The position numbers and the translations under genes were made by a program. From assembly GCF_001194135.2 (NCBI RefSeq), contig NC_068982.1:77752976-77804142 (forward strand): a DNA stretch of 51,167 nt. The letters run 5' to 3'. Shown piece by piece: positions 25,308 through 37,819 of the stretch. Every line of letters begins with the position of its first letter. The stretch's first letter is position 1. The notes under the pieces were generated by a model that saw only the letters and a program-made list of their open reading frames with translations, searched no databases and was not told the DNA's origin. The stretch is from Octopus bimaculoides. Lineage: Eukaryota.

Positions 25308-26349
25308 GTATTATTTAATTATTGTATTTTTTCATAATTATTGTTATCAATCATCTATTTATTCACTGCACTTTTCTGTTCTTTTTTTTTATATGCAAAT
25401 ATACTAATTGGAATGATAATTAATTTATGAAAAAAAAAAGCTGTAAATATTTTCCTTGTAAAATGATATTAGACATTGTAAGAACTATCAAAACTGAAAA
25501 GAAAAACAGCTTCACTGACAGACTCCAAGCCATGATTCTAAGTTCATCCACTGTTTGATGGGATCTGATGAATTGGAGAATTGCATCATGCTCCTCTGTC
25601 TGCTTTGACATGACCTCTATGTTTGGACTCCCTTCCTAATGCCAACCAATTTACAGAATGTACTTAATGCTTTTTTTCCATAGCACCAAATATTAATATC
25701 TAATATCAATGTAAATAAAAATGATACTAATTATGTTAACAAATTGTAAGAAGTTCTCTTAGTCACATGTGTTTGCCTGTAGTAAAAAAAGAAGTTAGAA
25801 TTAAAAGATTAATGCAGACTTTTTCTGAACTCAGTAAGAGTTATGACCCATTTAATGTAGGCAATTCCAGCATTTACTCTATCACATACTAGGTAAATAT
25901 GAATGGAATTTATTTATAAGTAGACACACATGCATGTATGCATAGAAATACTAATAAAATGTATTTAAAATGTGTATAATAATCTATGGATGGCAAACAA
26001 GTGGAGAAAGTATTAGAGTTGTTAGGTACCTTTAGTCCAGTCTTGCCAAAGACTTATTAACCTATCTGGTGGCTGGTACCATGAGAAAATGCATCCAGTA
26101 CACTCTGTAAAGTGGCTGGTTATAGGAAGGGCATTTGGCTGTAGAAACCAAGCCAAATGATGCGTATAAGCACCAATCTATGAGAACAGTATTTACTAAT
26201 AGAAAATGACTCATGACAACTTGTGTAGCCTACACCAGCAAGAAATTGGAGCATAAAAATGGTGGTGGTGATGATGTTGACTATATGTACATTCAGAAAA
26301 TTATTTGAATTCTTTTTCATTTCCAGTTTTTTTCCTTTTAATTTTATAG

Positions 26350-26572
26350 GGCTGCTGTGGTCATTCGAGAAGATGAACTTGGCCAAGTGCTAAATATTGT
26401 GAAGGCATTTTCAATGGAACGAATCTATGAAATGAGGCGACAAGTTCAGTTTTATTGGGATCGATATTTCAAGTCCCTGAAAGATATTACTTTAACCACT
26501 TTACAAATTATAAATGATAGGGTGTTTCCCTATGCTGCACGCCCCTATGAGGATTGGAATGAACCACCTTCA
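26350..26572 (+). CDS. EXT2: Exostosin-2 exon (AAVVIREDELGQ...TLQIINDRVFPYAARPYEDWNEPPS)
   Basis: attttatAG acceptor and tca|GTaagt donor. 223 nt, phase 2 to 0. Matches EXT2 TLQIINDRIYPYAA..YEEWNDPP. Confidence 0.97.
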
Positions 26573-26972
26573 GTAAGTTGTTTAATTAATGATTCCTTGC
26601 TTTTAATTCTGGATTGATGTATATCAAGTTTTTTTTTTTACAAAGATATGACCATATGGTTGAGAAATTTGCTTCCATGCCACATGGTTCCAAGTTGTGT
26701 CTCACTGTATAGCACTTTGGACAAGTATCTTCTACTCTAGCCCTGGGCCTTGTGAATGAGTGGATTGTCAAATAGAAACATTTTAATAGCCACATATGTC
26801 ATTGATGAGCAGTAATTATATTTCCATAATTTTATTTTCAAATTATTTTTTAAGCTAGTAATTCTGTCAAAATTCAATATCAGATCTAGAAAAAGCAACT
26901 AAATACTATAATTGAAAGTTTTAGTTTCTTATCTTAGTTTTAAAATAATTATTTTTATTTTATTGATTCTAG

Positions 26973-27133
26973 GCACAAAAGTGGCTGTGTGATAAGAAGC
27001 TTGCTTCCCAACCACATGATTCTGGATTCAGTTCCACTGCGTGGCACATTGGATAAATGTCTTCTAGTATAGTCTCAGGCCAACCAAAGCCTTGTGAGTG
27101 GATTTGGTTGGTGGAAACTGAAAAAAGCCTGTC

Positions 27134-27164
<31 letters not shown>

Positions 27165-27330
27165 ACAACCAGTGTTGATCTGTTTACATCCCTGTAACTT
27201 AGCAATTCGGTAAAAGAGAATAAGTACCAAGCTTAAAAAAAATAGAAGTTCTGGGGCTCGTTTGTTTGACTAAAATCTCTTCAAGGCGGTGCTCCAGCAT
27301 TACCACAGTCTAAGACAAAAAATAAAGATA
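26973..27330 (+). mobile_element. Composite family-C SINE (tRNA-like head, (TA)n, second module)
   Basis: Head gtggctgtgtgataagaagcttgcttcccaaccacatg; second module tgtttacatccctgtaacttagc...gctccagcat. Confidence 0.85.
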
Positions 27331-27582
27331 AACTTTAAAGTAAATTAAAATCAGGTCCTTTTATAAACATTGATCCAAAATAGAAATAAATGTATACCCT
27401 TGAGACTTCAGCCAAGTATCTGTTTTAATCCAGATGACTGTGCTAACCTTTATACCAAAGTGATCAGATACATTCTTTCTAGTGAAATTAGGCCCTTAAA
27501 GTATTAAACTAATTTAACTTATACAGTATCCTTTGAATTTTTATTAATTTAGTTTTCACTTCCCACTGTCCTCAACTCACTT

Positions 27583-27806
27583 TCATCAAAACAAGTGATT
27601 CTCCTTGAACTCACTGTGTCATACGAAAGCAGAATGGTGAATTTGGCTTCCTTGCCATAAAGGTGGTTGCAAAGAGGTTTGTGAGCAAATATGTCCATAA
27701 TCTCATGAAATGGCTTTCAACTTTTGGTAAAAAGAGGATCAGAGTTTTCAAGGCAATGGCAGAAGCAGCTGAGGAAAGTTCCAGTTGGATCTGTCTAGAA
27801 GGCTAA
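27583..27806 (+). pseudogene. C-terminal restriction-like-endonuclease fragment of a HERO-like non-LTR retrotransposon
   Basis: SSKQVILLELTVSYESRM and RFVSKYVHNLMKWL...KAMAEAAEESSSWICL* resemble ILLELTVPWE...RGFV...LSEAAE..S.W.WL. Confidence 0.6.
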
Positions 27807-28208
27807 ATTTTTCTCTACAGCCAACTGATGTCTCAGACTGAAGTGATTTCAGGACTCCTTAACCATTCATGAAGGCATTGGTTGCAATAAAAACAGTTGC
27901 ACAGAATGTGGCTGCCAGGGTGCATCCAAGAATCATGACCTAGGTGTGGCCTCCCCATTGCTCAAGAGTGTAAGGTGTTAAGGGCTGAAATGTATAAAAG
28001 AAGGGATGCCTCTTATGTGAAGACCTTTTGTTGCTTAGCTTTCTCTTAGAGTTTCTTATCTTATGTGCCTGAATTGTGCTGATTTGTAAATGTTAAATAT
28101 TTAATGTGTTTACAAGTATTTGTATTTCTTTCTTATATTTTGCTGCCAACTTCCACTACTCTTACTTTATTTCTGAAAATACTGATTGGTCTTTATGTTT
28201 CATCATAG

Positions 28209-28392
28209 CTTGGAGTTCGACGCCAAGTGTTTCTGCCCATGATTACACCTCAGTCACCTGGTTTTACTGCTGTCATTTTGACCTATGATCGTCTTGATTC
28301 ACTGTTTAATGTAATTCAGCAAGTGGCTCGCGTTCCAAGTTTGGCAAAAGTATTTGTTGTATGGAATAACCAAAATAAAGAACCTCCTCAGA
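28209..28392 (+). CDS. EXT2: Exostosin-2 exon, start of the GT64 domain ([28 protein letters not shown]...[11 protein letters not shown])
   Basis: catcatAG acceptor and caga|GTatgt donor. 184 nt, phase 0 to 1. Contains [10 protein letters not shown] and VVWNNQ. Confidence 0.97.
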
Positions 28393-28591
28393 GTATGTAT
28401 CATAATTTAATTTTAAAATTCATGAGTTGTTTCAAGAAGAATAAGGTTTATGAGAGGAAAACACTTTCACTAGTCAGAAATAAATACTGTGTCTATAGGT
28501 TGCATTTGTGGTTTATATCTGTTTATATTTTGATTTTGAAAGGTTCTTAGTTACTCTCCTTTAATGCAAATTATTTTACATTTTGATATAG

Positions 28592-28655
28592 ATTGGCCCA
28601 AAATAGGTAAACCATTAAAAGTTGTGAAGACACGTGAAAATAAATTAGGAAACAG
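28592..28655 (+). CDS. EXT2: Exostosin-2 short exon (NWPKIGKPLKVVKTRENKLGNR)
   Basis: tttgatatAG acceptor and acag|GTaagg donor. 64 nt, phase 1 to 2. Matches EXT2 [21 protein letters not shown]. Not in the ORF track. Confidence 0.95.
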
Positions 28656-29179
28656 GTAAGGGACATATATATATTTTTTTACCCTCTCTGTTTTAAACTA
28701 CAACTTTAAATAATGTCTCTGTTTGGTTCTAATATTTGTCACTTTTCATATCCAACCAAGTTGATTTTGTTTTATTAAAGGTGTTCACAATTTTTGACAG
28801 GTAACAGCTACTTGGGCAGGTGTTTTCTGCTATAGTCTAGGCTGACCAAAGCCTTCTGAATGAATTTGGTGGATGGAAACTGAAAGAAACCCATCTTGTG
28901 TATATGTGTACATGTATGTGTATGCGTGTGTGTATCTATTTATGTGTATGTGTGTGTGTATTTACGTTTGGGCTCTGTGAAAGTCACTTTTCCTGTCAAC
29001 AGCCCACTCACTCTGCACTTTCATGTAAGATTAAAATCTCCTACTTGAAAACTAGTTAAAGGTTACTTACAAGAAGGGAATTCATGTGTGAAACAGTACC
29101 TCAGTGATATATTTATCTAACTCATGTTAGCATGGAAAGATAGATATAAAATGAATGAAGAAATTTTTTTGTTCTTTAT

Positions 29180-29549
29180 GTGTTTCAGTCATTTGACTGT
29201 GGCCATGCTGGAGTACCACCATGAAGGGTTTTATTGAAACAAATTGACCCCAAAACTTATTTTTGAAGCTTAGCACTTATTCTATTGGTCTCTTTAGCTG
29301 AACTGCTAAGTTACAGGGATGTAAACACACTACAACCTGTTGCCAAGTGATGATGGGGGGGGGACAGACACAAAGACATACACACATAGATACACACACA
29401 CACACTTGCACATTATACGATGGGATTCTTTCAGTTTCCATCTACCAAATCCAATTACAAGGCTTTGTTCAGCCCAAGGCTATAGTAGAAGACATGCAAT
29501 AGGAGTGAACCCAGAATCATGTGGTTGGGAAGCAAGCTTCTTATCACAC
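29180..29549 (-). mobile_element. Composite family-C SINE, antisense
   Basis: 29511-29549 is the exact reverse complement of 26987-27025, and the second module also matches. Confidence 0.87.
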
Positions 29550-31125
29550 ACATTTCATGATGTTGTTTTGAGTTTATAACCCTAACTGAGGTAGACCATC
29601 TAGGACAGTGCTGCTGCTGTTTCACATGCAAATAGCCTAAACCATAGAGCTATCCAGTTGCTTGGCATAAAGTCACTCATGGACATACTCAAGCCTTTGG
29701 CCCACAGGTTTCCTGTCTTCTCAAATAACTTCTGCTTCTTGGAGCAAATTTCACTCATGCCACTTCCACTTAGGCATTTCTGACCCTCTTATCTCTCCTC
29801 CTTTAATCACCCTTGTGTTCAGTCCTCCCTCCCTCCCTCCCATCCACTAGGCTTTGCACTCATGGCTATACCAAGTCCTTCTTTCCCAGAATGTTGGCCC
29901 TCTGAAATTCTCTTCATATCTTTCCTTCAGGTGTTGACTTGGAAAAATTCAAGAAGACCATTAATAAATAGCATCAGTCTCAAATGGCTGCAAAAACTTC
30001 TCCTTCTTCCAGGACCAGCAAGTACTCATGGACACTGTCAGATCCATAGGTATTGCCCCCTTCTTTTAGACCCACCAATTCACTATCACCAGTATCACAT
30101 CTACTAAGCCAATTTGTAAGTGCTATTATGAGTTGTACAGACCATTAATATGACATCTGTCCCTTTATCTTAATTCTCTGTTATCTCTTTTGTATGGCCT
30201 AAAGCTCTATATTCTTGTCTAACTACCTTGTTACCTCCCCAGATCCTTTCAATCTGTCATTTTCATGAATACCACTAGATATGAGTTCAACACAGTCCTC
30301 CAGCTTATTGGATCCTGTCAAACCATCCAACCCCTGCCAACATGGAATGTAACCAGCTGTAGAAATCATGTCAAAGCAAACATTGGCGTTGGACACAATC
30401 CTGCAGCTTGTCAGATGCTGTTGAATAATCCTACTCATACCAACACAGAATACATACATAAAATAATGATAATAACTTTCCACCTGTAGTTTGCAACACA
30501 CTTTTGCCTGGCATGCAGTCTTCCTTTTGTATCAAATGTTGAAACAGTAGTATCCCCTACATCCATATGCCAACCAAAACTTTAGATGTCCAGTTATTTT
30601 CTCAAGTTACTTAAAATGAGACTCTCTCTTAATGTTACTCGTTTACCTGTTTATCCTCACTCCTCTCCAGATGACTAATTTTATTTAATTTTGATAGTCA
30701 AAGTAGACAGACAGTGCAATACCTAAGAAGATAGTGTTTTGATACGTGTATTTCAGTATATTTCATGCTTACCAAAACATGAACACCAATTCACCCAAAA
30801 GTGGAATAAACAAAAAGAAAGGAAACAAAATCTCTGCAATGTTGCACTAAATGGAAATTGACAATTAGTCTGAAGGTTTCCATAACACAGAGACTTTTGG
30901 CTTTGAAAGTGAGGCTAAAATATTGCAATTTTCTTCAGCTGACTATCATCACCAACTTTTGTTCCAATCTCATCTCTTCCAGGACTCAATCATTCATTTT
31001 TAGGTGGGACCACTGAACTTACAGTTGGCAGTAATTGATGTATACATCCTTTTTTTTTTTATTCAAAACAATTCTTTTGGGGCTATTGTAATAGATAAGA
31101 CATTTCTTATTTTTCTTTATTACAG

Positions 31126-31222
31126 GTTTTTCCCTTACAGTGAAATTAAAACAGATTGCATTTTGGCATTAGATGATGATATCATAATGTTGACAGCTGA
31201 TGAATTAGAATTTGGTTATCAG
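31126..31222 (+). CDS. EXT2: Exostosin-2 exon with the DxD motif ([32 protein letters not shown])
   Basis: ttctttattacAG acceptor and cag|GTaagt donor. 97 nt, phase 2 to 0. Confidence 0.97.
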
Positions 31223-31365
31223 GTAAGTCAGTGTTTGTTTACAGCAGAAACAGAAATTAATTTGGAATCTTTGAGTTTTAAATAATAATCACTGTCAAGT
31301 CTTCTGGGTCTACTTCTTTGCTCTTTTACTCTCTCTGTCTCTCTCTCTCTGTCTCTCTCTCTCTG

Positions 31366-31404
<39 letters not shown>

Positions 31405-31434
31405 CATTATATCATATATTGTTTTCTTTCACAG

Positions 31435-31578
31435 GTTTGGCGAGAATTCTCAGATCGATTGGTGGGTTTCCCATCTCGAGTACATTTACTTGATAATGTC
31501 ACTCAGAAGTGGAAATATGAATCAGAATGGACCAATTCCATATCTATGGTACTTACTGGAGCAGCATTTTATCACAAA
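31435..31578 (+). CDS. EXT2: Exostosin-2 exon ([17 protein letters not shown]...[23 protein letters not shown])
   Basis: ttttctttcacAG acceptor and aaa|GTaagt donor. 144 nt, phase 0 to 0. Confidence 0.98.
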
Positions 31579-31963
31579 GTAAGTTAATAATTATTTCCAA
31601 AATATCTTGTCTTGGCTGAGTGTGTGAATGAGAAAAGGCAAGTGTGAACAGTCATTGACCATTTTGATATATCTGGTTGTTGTTTAGCATCAAGTCATCT
31701 TTGATTGAGCAGATTTATGATTAAAGTTCATCTAGAAATTATATAGAAGTTATTTCAGTGTCTTATATTTTTCATTTCAGACCTTGGATTACATTTACAT
31801 TTCATATTCTGTAGATTGACAAGGTGTATCTAAGTACCAGTAGTCTATTGAAGAGAAGGCATAGGGACAAGTTCTCTACAAACTATGATTTCTAACAACC
31901 TTTCTTGCTTACAACAGATGGTTTGGTGAGAGGATTGTCTTTCTTTGCAATGAGACACATTAA

Positions 31964-32181
31964 CCCTTTAGCTTTTGAACTGGTCATATCCAACCCAAAT
32001 ATGTTACCTGTTTTACATTCAAACCAGCCAGACCTGGCCTCTCACACCTAGCCTACAATGTCCTAAATATAAAAAATCACATTATCAAAATCTCAAAGCT
32101 ATGTGATAACAAAAAGATTAATTCAGAACATTGTGAATAAATAAGCATTACATTTGACAGAGTAATCGAAATGCTAATGGG
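31964..32181. mobile_element. piggyBac-type MITE family B, opposite orientation, both TTAA intact
   Basis: TTAA(31960-63)|CCCTTTAGC...ATGCTAATGGG|TTAA(32182-85). Confidence 0.85.
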
Positions 32182-32199
32182 TTAAAGCAGAAATGTTAG

Positions 32200-32500
32200 G
32201 GTATATTCCTGTAGAGAGACCACCATCCCTCACCATACACACAGCAGTCTCATGTATATTCTACCAGGATTCTGCCACCCAGTTCTTAATGTCGTCACTC
32301 CATCTTTGTCTTTGTTGCTTGTGAGCCCATTTTCCATCCATCCCTAGCCCTTAAGGATGGGGGCACAGAGGGTCTGAGTCCTGATAATGTGGTTGAAATA
32401 AAGCAATTTTTGCTGTCCTACCATTGTCACCAGTTTTTCTTCCACTCCCATCTCCTCCAGGACATTGAATAATGTAGTGCTAGATATGTTGTTTGAGACA
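32200..32500 (-). pseudogene. Old RTE-LINE C-terminal fragment
   Basis: Minus-strand LVTMVGQQKLLYFNHIIR...ILKG and KQRQRWSDDIKNW resemble KLKYFGHI.R and R..RW.D.IK.W. Confidence 0.65.
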
Positions 32501-33541
32501 AATAGATGCAATGGTCATGACTGGAATGTCTTTGATGATCTGTGCATTCAGTCAGAGCTGACTTAGGACTAAACAATAACATGCATTTTATGGGAGCCTG
32601 TTTAAGATCTTTAGTTTTGCACTAGGGTTGGTGTCCTCCTCCAAGTATCCTGTATACTGTATAAAGTGGGTGAGATTAGGAAAGGTATCCAACCATAGAA
32701 ACCAAGTCTAAACAGAGATATTGGAGCATGAAATGGCCCTGAGTTGTTAAATCTTGTCAAATTTCCCAACCCATGCTGGCACAGAAAGCTGATATAAAAT
32801 GATAATGATGATGAAAGTTAAAATAGCATCATTGTTATTGTATAATTTTTTTTACCATTTCATTACACCATATGTGTTTGTGTGTGGCCGTGTGGTTAAG
32901 AAGCTTAATTTACCAACCATATGTTTCAGATTCAATCCCACTAAATAACACCTTGCGTTAGTATCTTCAGCTCCAGCTCCAGACCAACCAAAGCTTTTGG
33001 AGTACATGTAGTAGATGGAAACTGAAAGGAGCCCTTGTACCCTTGTCTTGACATCATTTGAGGGTTGTAAACAAGCATCACTATCAGACAAGTGGTGTTG
33101 TTTGTTTTCGATCTTCTGTGAAAAACATGTCTCACCATGAAGAAATATTACCTTGCCTGGAAACAGGTGAGGGTTGGTGACAGTAATGGCATCAAGCTGT
33201 AGAAAATATGCTTTGACAAATCCCATCTGACCTATACAAGCATGGAAAAGTAGATGTTAAAATGATAATGGCTATAATGATGATCTATATATATATATGT
33301 GTGTGTGTGTGTGCCAGTGGAACATAAAAAGCACCCACTACACTCTTGGAATGGTTGGTATTAGAAAGGGCATCTAGCTGTAGAAACCATGCCAGATCAG
33401 ATTGGAACCTGGTGCAACTCCTCAACCTACCAGTTTTCAGTCAAACTGTCCAACCTGTGCCAGCATGGAAAATGGACTTTAAATGATGATGATATATTTT
33501 TTATTGCAATGATGAAATATATTTATTTTTCTTCTTTTCAG

Positions 33542-33892
33542 TTTTACAACTTCCTCTATACTTATTCAATGCCAGGCAACATCAAAACCTGGGTTGATGA
33601 ACACATGAACTGTGAAGATATTGCATTTAATTTCTTGATTACAAACACCACAGGTAAGGCACCAATAAAGGTCACACCACGCAAAAAGTTCAAGTGTCCA
33701 AAATGTGTAAACACCAGTTTTCTGTCTTTAGATTTAAATCACATGGTTGAACGTACAGAATGCATCAACAGGTTTGTAGATATATATGGCACTGTTGCTC
33801 TCCGAACTGTGGAATTCCGGGCAGACCCAGTGCTTTATAAAGACAACTTCCCTCCTATGCTGAAGAAATTTAATGATATTGGAAGTTTATGA
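33542..33892 (+). CDS. EXT2: Exostosin-2 terminal coding exon ([31 protein letters not shown]...[24 protein letters not shown])
   Basis: cttcttttcAG acceptor at 33540-41. 351 nt ending in TGA. Contains NCEDI and [10 protein letters not shown], and the IGSL* C-terminus characteristic of EXT2. Confidence 0.98.
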   Translation, partial: FYNFLYTYSMPGNIKTWVDEHMNCEDIAFNFLITNTTGKAPIKVTPRKKFKCPKCVNTSFLSLDLNHMVERTECINRFVDIYGTVALRTVEFRADPVLYKDNFPPMLKKFNDIGSL

Positions 33893-34957
33893 TAAAAAAA
33901 CCCATATGTAAATATCATTATTTTTCTTCCACGGTAAATTTTATATTTTTTTTCATTAACATGATGTTATCAGTGATAACACAAATTGATCTGTATAGAA
34001 ACATATCTACAAAACCTGGTTATTTGTAAAAAAAGTCGACTTAAACATATATTGCCTGAATATAAGGTGAGGCCTGTTTATTCTTATGCATTATTTCTGA
34101 AAAGTTGTTTGATTTTTTTTAATATTTGAAATTTTGCAAAGTTTTAAATATTAAAAAAAAGAGAGGAAATATTACAATGTAATAATTACAAGAATATAGA
34201 AAGAAGAAAGTGAAAGGACTTGTGAGGTTTAAGCATCGACCACTTCCAAACCTTATTCTTTCTCTTGTGTTCTTGGGCAAGACACACAGCTCTGCTTGTT
34301 GCCTCAGACTACCTGACTGACAAGTGTTTTATTCTTACAGCTTGATTCTTGAGCTGTAAAAATAATTGATTCCACCTTACACACACAAACCTTTAATCCA
34401 TGATTGCATGGAAAAATAGACGGGAGAAAAAAAATTCAGTCAACTTTTATAAACTTGTAGTTTAAATATATATATGTGTGTGTTTATATATGTATGTATA
34501 TTTATAGCTATATATATATATACACGCTACTGGCATTATGTGAAACTAAGGTGTTTATTGGATACCTGTGTATTCTGTTGAATGTTTAGCAGTTTTAGGC
34601 CAAGTCTGAAATGAACTTATTTTAATTCTGACCATATACACTTTACCAAGCTATTTTGATAGAACATTTAGTTATTTTGTAGAAAGTGTAGACTTTTTTA
34701 TGTTAATTGTAGTATAACAGACAGCAGGGACTGGACATTTTATTGATAAATTGAAATTATCATAATAATATCTGTTATTAATAATTAGTATAATAGTAAA
34801 TTGTATATTATAGTGACAGCTATTATAATTGTCTAATATATTGTGATATCTATTATATCGTAATATAATAGACAAGAGAGATAAGGGTGTTGTATTAATG
34901 CTCTTATACTGAATCCTAAACAAATTATAATAATATATATGTATATATATAACAATA

Positions 34958-35540
34958 TTAGTATATATATAATTTGCCTATGTCTGATTGAGAAGGGCAT
35001 ACAAGTCTAAATAAGGTACTAGTAGTGAAGTTGGGCTTATGATCCTTCACATTTGTACTAGGAGTTTTAAGAACGTAGTGTTCTGTTCTATCTTCCAGAT
35101 GAAATTCTTTGACTATTTTCTTTGTTTGTAAGTTAATACTCAACAGGATATTTTCAAAAGTTAATTTATAATTTTTAAGAATTTATTTCCTAATCAGCGA
35201 AGAATAGGGTTTGTAATCCCAGTGGTATATATTACCAGTTTTATCTGCGTGCAGCTCCTTAACTGATAGGTGTAACTTTATATCCTGATTATATTCCATT
35301 GTTCATCTTCAAAGCTAGTTGTAGGTTACATGGTAGAGTCTGCCAAAATTTAAATATATACTTTAATCCATTGTCATTATTGACTAGATCAGTGTTCTCC
35401 TTCCTATCAAAGTGACTCATTCGCCATCTCATGTGGTGTATAAAGGTGTTAGTTTTAATCTATCAGATTTTTCATTTATTCTTTTTGGGGTGGTAGTGCT
35501 GTCTTTTAAAGGTGTATTAATGAATAGTCTCTCCATCACA
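34958..35540 (-). pseudogene. Penelope-like element: N-terminal to RT-finger fragment
   Basis: Minus-strand FIHHMRWRM, HADKTGNIY and INLQTKKIVKEFHLEDR...VKDHKPNF...RLVCPSQSDIGK. Confidence 0.85.
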
Positions 35541-35873
35541 AGGTATTCCACTGTAAGTGCTTAGAGTTATTCAAGTAATAATGTAAAGAAATAGGGATTC
35601 AAAATCTGGGAAGGTATCTTGTGAGCACTCTAATACAATCCCATATCTGGTTAACCACATCAAACGAGAGGGAACATTCAGAATCGTTTAGGATCAGCAA
35701 TTAAACTGTACTTCGTTTGATTGGTAAATCCCGAGTTCACTTCATTGGATTCTATGTCACATAGAGAGTATATAATCAAGACATGATAAGGTAAAATAGA
35801 GAATCATACATCTTCAAAATTTATTTATTAACTTTCTTCATATTCCATTCTGACATGTGTTTCTGCTGTATAG

Positions 35874-36793
35874 GTGTCTAATGCAGCCTTTGGAGCTCAA
35901 ATAGCCACAAATATATTTGCAAATTTTTCACTGTATTAGATAGACACTTTCCACCATCTAGAAAATACAGTGGCATATTCAATAAGCACATGATCAGGTT
36001 TACTTTTTTGACAACCAGAAATCTCGCCCAAGTTATTGCAGTCTATAATTTTAAGAGAATTAGAGAGTTCACTAATGTGAACTCAATAAACACAAATAAT
36101 CACACAAATATAAATAATAATAATAATAATAATATGACTGGTAATAATCGCTATCTGGTTGGGGTGGGGGGCATGATATGAATAACAGTAGGGAGGTAGT
36201 CAACAACTGTATGGCTAGCATAGTGGAAACAATAATGAATTTACTGAAGTTAATGTAAGGGAGGTAACTGAGCTCAAATTACATTACCATTAGTTAAATA
36301 AACTGAGCATGGAATCCAATAGCACACCTAATTTAATCTTTTGTGAAACTAATATCTAGAGAGTAATACCTAACACTCTAAGCAGAATGTATAATACTTC
36401 TGATAGTAACAGGCATAAGGTTTATGACAATAGGCATAATTGTAACTGCTTGCAGGAAAATGTCTCAAAAATAATATAGTATATAAATGGCTGAAGGTAT
36501 TTCTAATTATTACATAGATTCATGTTCTACAGACTTTAAAAGAAGATTATATGGTCATTTTTCTTCTTTCAAAAACAGAGAAAAGAATGAACTGTACAAG
36601 TTAGAGTGGGTTCATTTGGACTTTAAAAGATAGGGACACCAAATAATTAACCATTAAATGGTTTCTTCTTGGTAGTACATCACCATATACTGATGGGAGT
36701 CAGAAATGTGATTTCTGCTTGGAAGAAATATTCTATATTCTTACATCAAAATGCAAGTTATTAAACTCCAGAAACAAATTAGTGATAAAATGT
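35874..36793 (+). pseudogene. Penelope-like element: C-terminal thumb, linker and GIY-YIG endonuclease fragment
   Basis: IATNIF/CKFFTVLDRHFPP..YSGIFNKH; CNC..GKCLKNNIVYK; NYYIDSCSTDFKRRLYGHFSSF; CDFCLEEIFYI..KLLNSRNKLVIKC. Confidence 0.88.
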
Positions 36794-37171
36794 GATGCAG
36801 GAGTGGCTGTGTGTAACCAACTACATGGCACCTTGGGCGAGTGTCTTCTACTACAGCCTCGGGCCGACTAAAGCCTTGTGAGTGGATTTGGTAGATGGAA
36901 ACTAAAAGAAGCCCGTCATATATATATATATATACACATATATATATATATGTGTGTGTGTGTTTGTGTATCCGTGTTTGTACCCCCACCATCGTTTGAC
37001 AACCGATGCTGGTGTGTTTACATCCCTGTAATCTAGCGGTTCAGCAAAAGAGAACGATAGAATAAGTACTAGGTTTACAAAGAATAAGTCCTGGGGTCGA
37101 TTTGCTCGACTAAAGGCGGTGCTCCAGCATGGCTGCAGTCAAATGACTGAAACAAGTAAAAGAATAAAAGA
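36794..37171 (+). mobile_element. Young composite family-C SINE inserted at the end of the Penelope ORF
   Basis: CpG-rich copy (gcctcgggccgactaaagccttgtgagtgg; ggggtcgatttgctcgactaaaggcggtgctcc). Confidence 0.9.
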
Positions 37172-37819
37172 ACAATCATATAGAAAAGCTTTAAAATATT
37201 TTCCAAATAAGTAATTTTAATTTGAACTCAGATAGCAAAGCATGTAAGATAACCTCAGTGAATACTGTTTGCTTTTCTGCTGAAGGGAAAATAATGCTGT
37301 AGTATTTATTTTTTAAGTCTGGTACTTATTCTGTCAGTCTCTTTTTGTTGGACTGCTAGTTTATGTGGATATAAACAAACTGACACCAGTTGTCAAGCAG
37401 TAGTAGTAGTTATGGTAGTGGTAGGTACAAAAACAGAAACAAAAACACACACGCACACCTAAATACACACATACATATTGTGGTCATTTCACACATGTTA
37501 CTCAGTAATTTATAGAATATCTAGGAAAATCTGGATATCATGTCCTGAAGTTTCAGAAATTCTATAAAATGTTTGGATTTTCCATACAAGTTTGGTACAT
37601 TGTGAATATTTTGGAGACTTCCAGAATTCTTATGGGGAACAAAGACCACTGAAGTACATTGATGCTATTGGTAGAGACATACAACATGAAATTGAAGGAC
37701 ATTCTTAATGGGGGACTGAGATTTCCAGTGCGGTATTGTGAAATGCATTTTGATTGCAACCATTATCTAATTCTCTTAGATTCACATAATGCCAGTTACC
37801 TAATTACTTAACTCTTTAT

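Noticed and set aside
33389-33541. N-terminal extension of the 167-aa ORF (MPDQIGTW...)
   Set aside because: It derives from an RTE-UTR repeat and intron sequence. EXT2 similarity begins exactly at the cttcttttcAG acceptor (33542).
20595-33892. Identity as EXT1 or EXTL3
   Set aside because: The motifs [42 protein letters not shown] and the [18 protein letters not shown] end are EXT2-specific.
33893-34500. EXT2 polyadenylation signal
   Set aside because: I saw no canonical AATAAA in this interval, so I could not place the 3' end.
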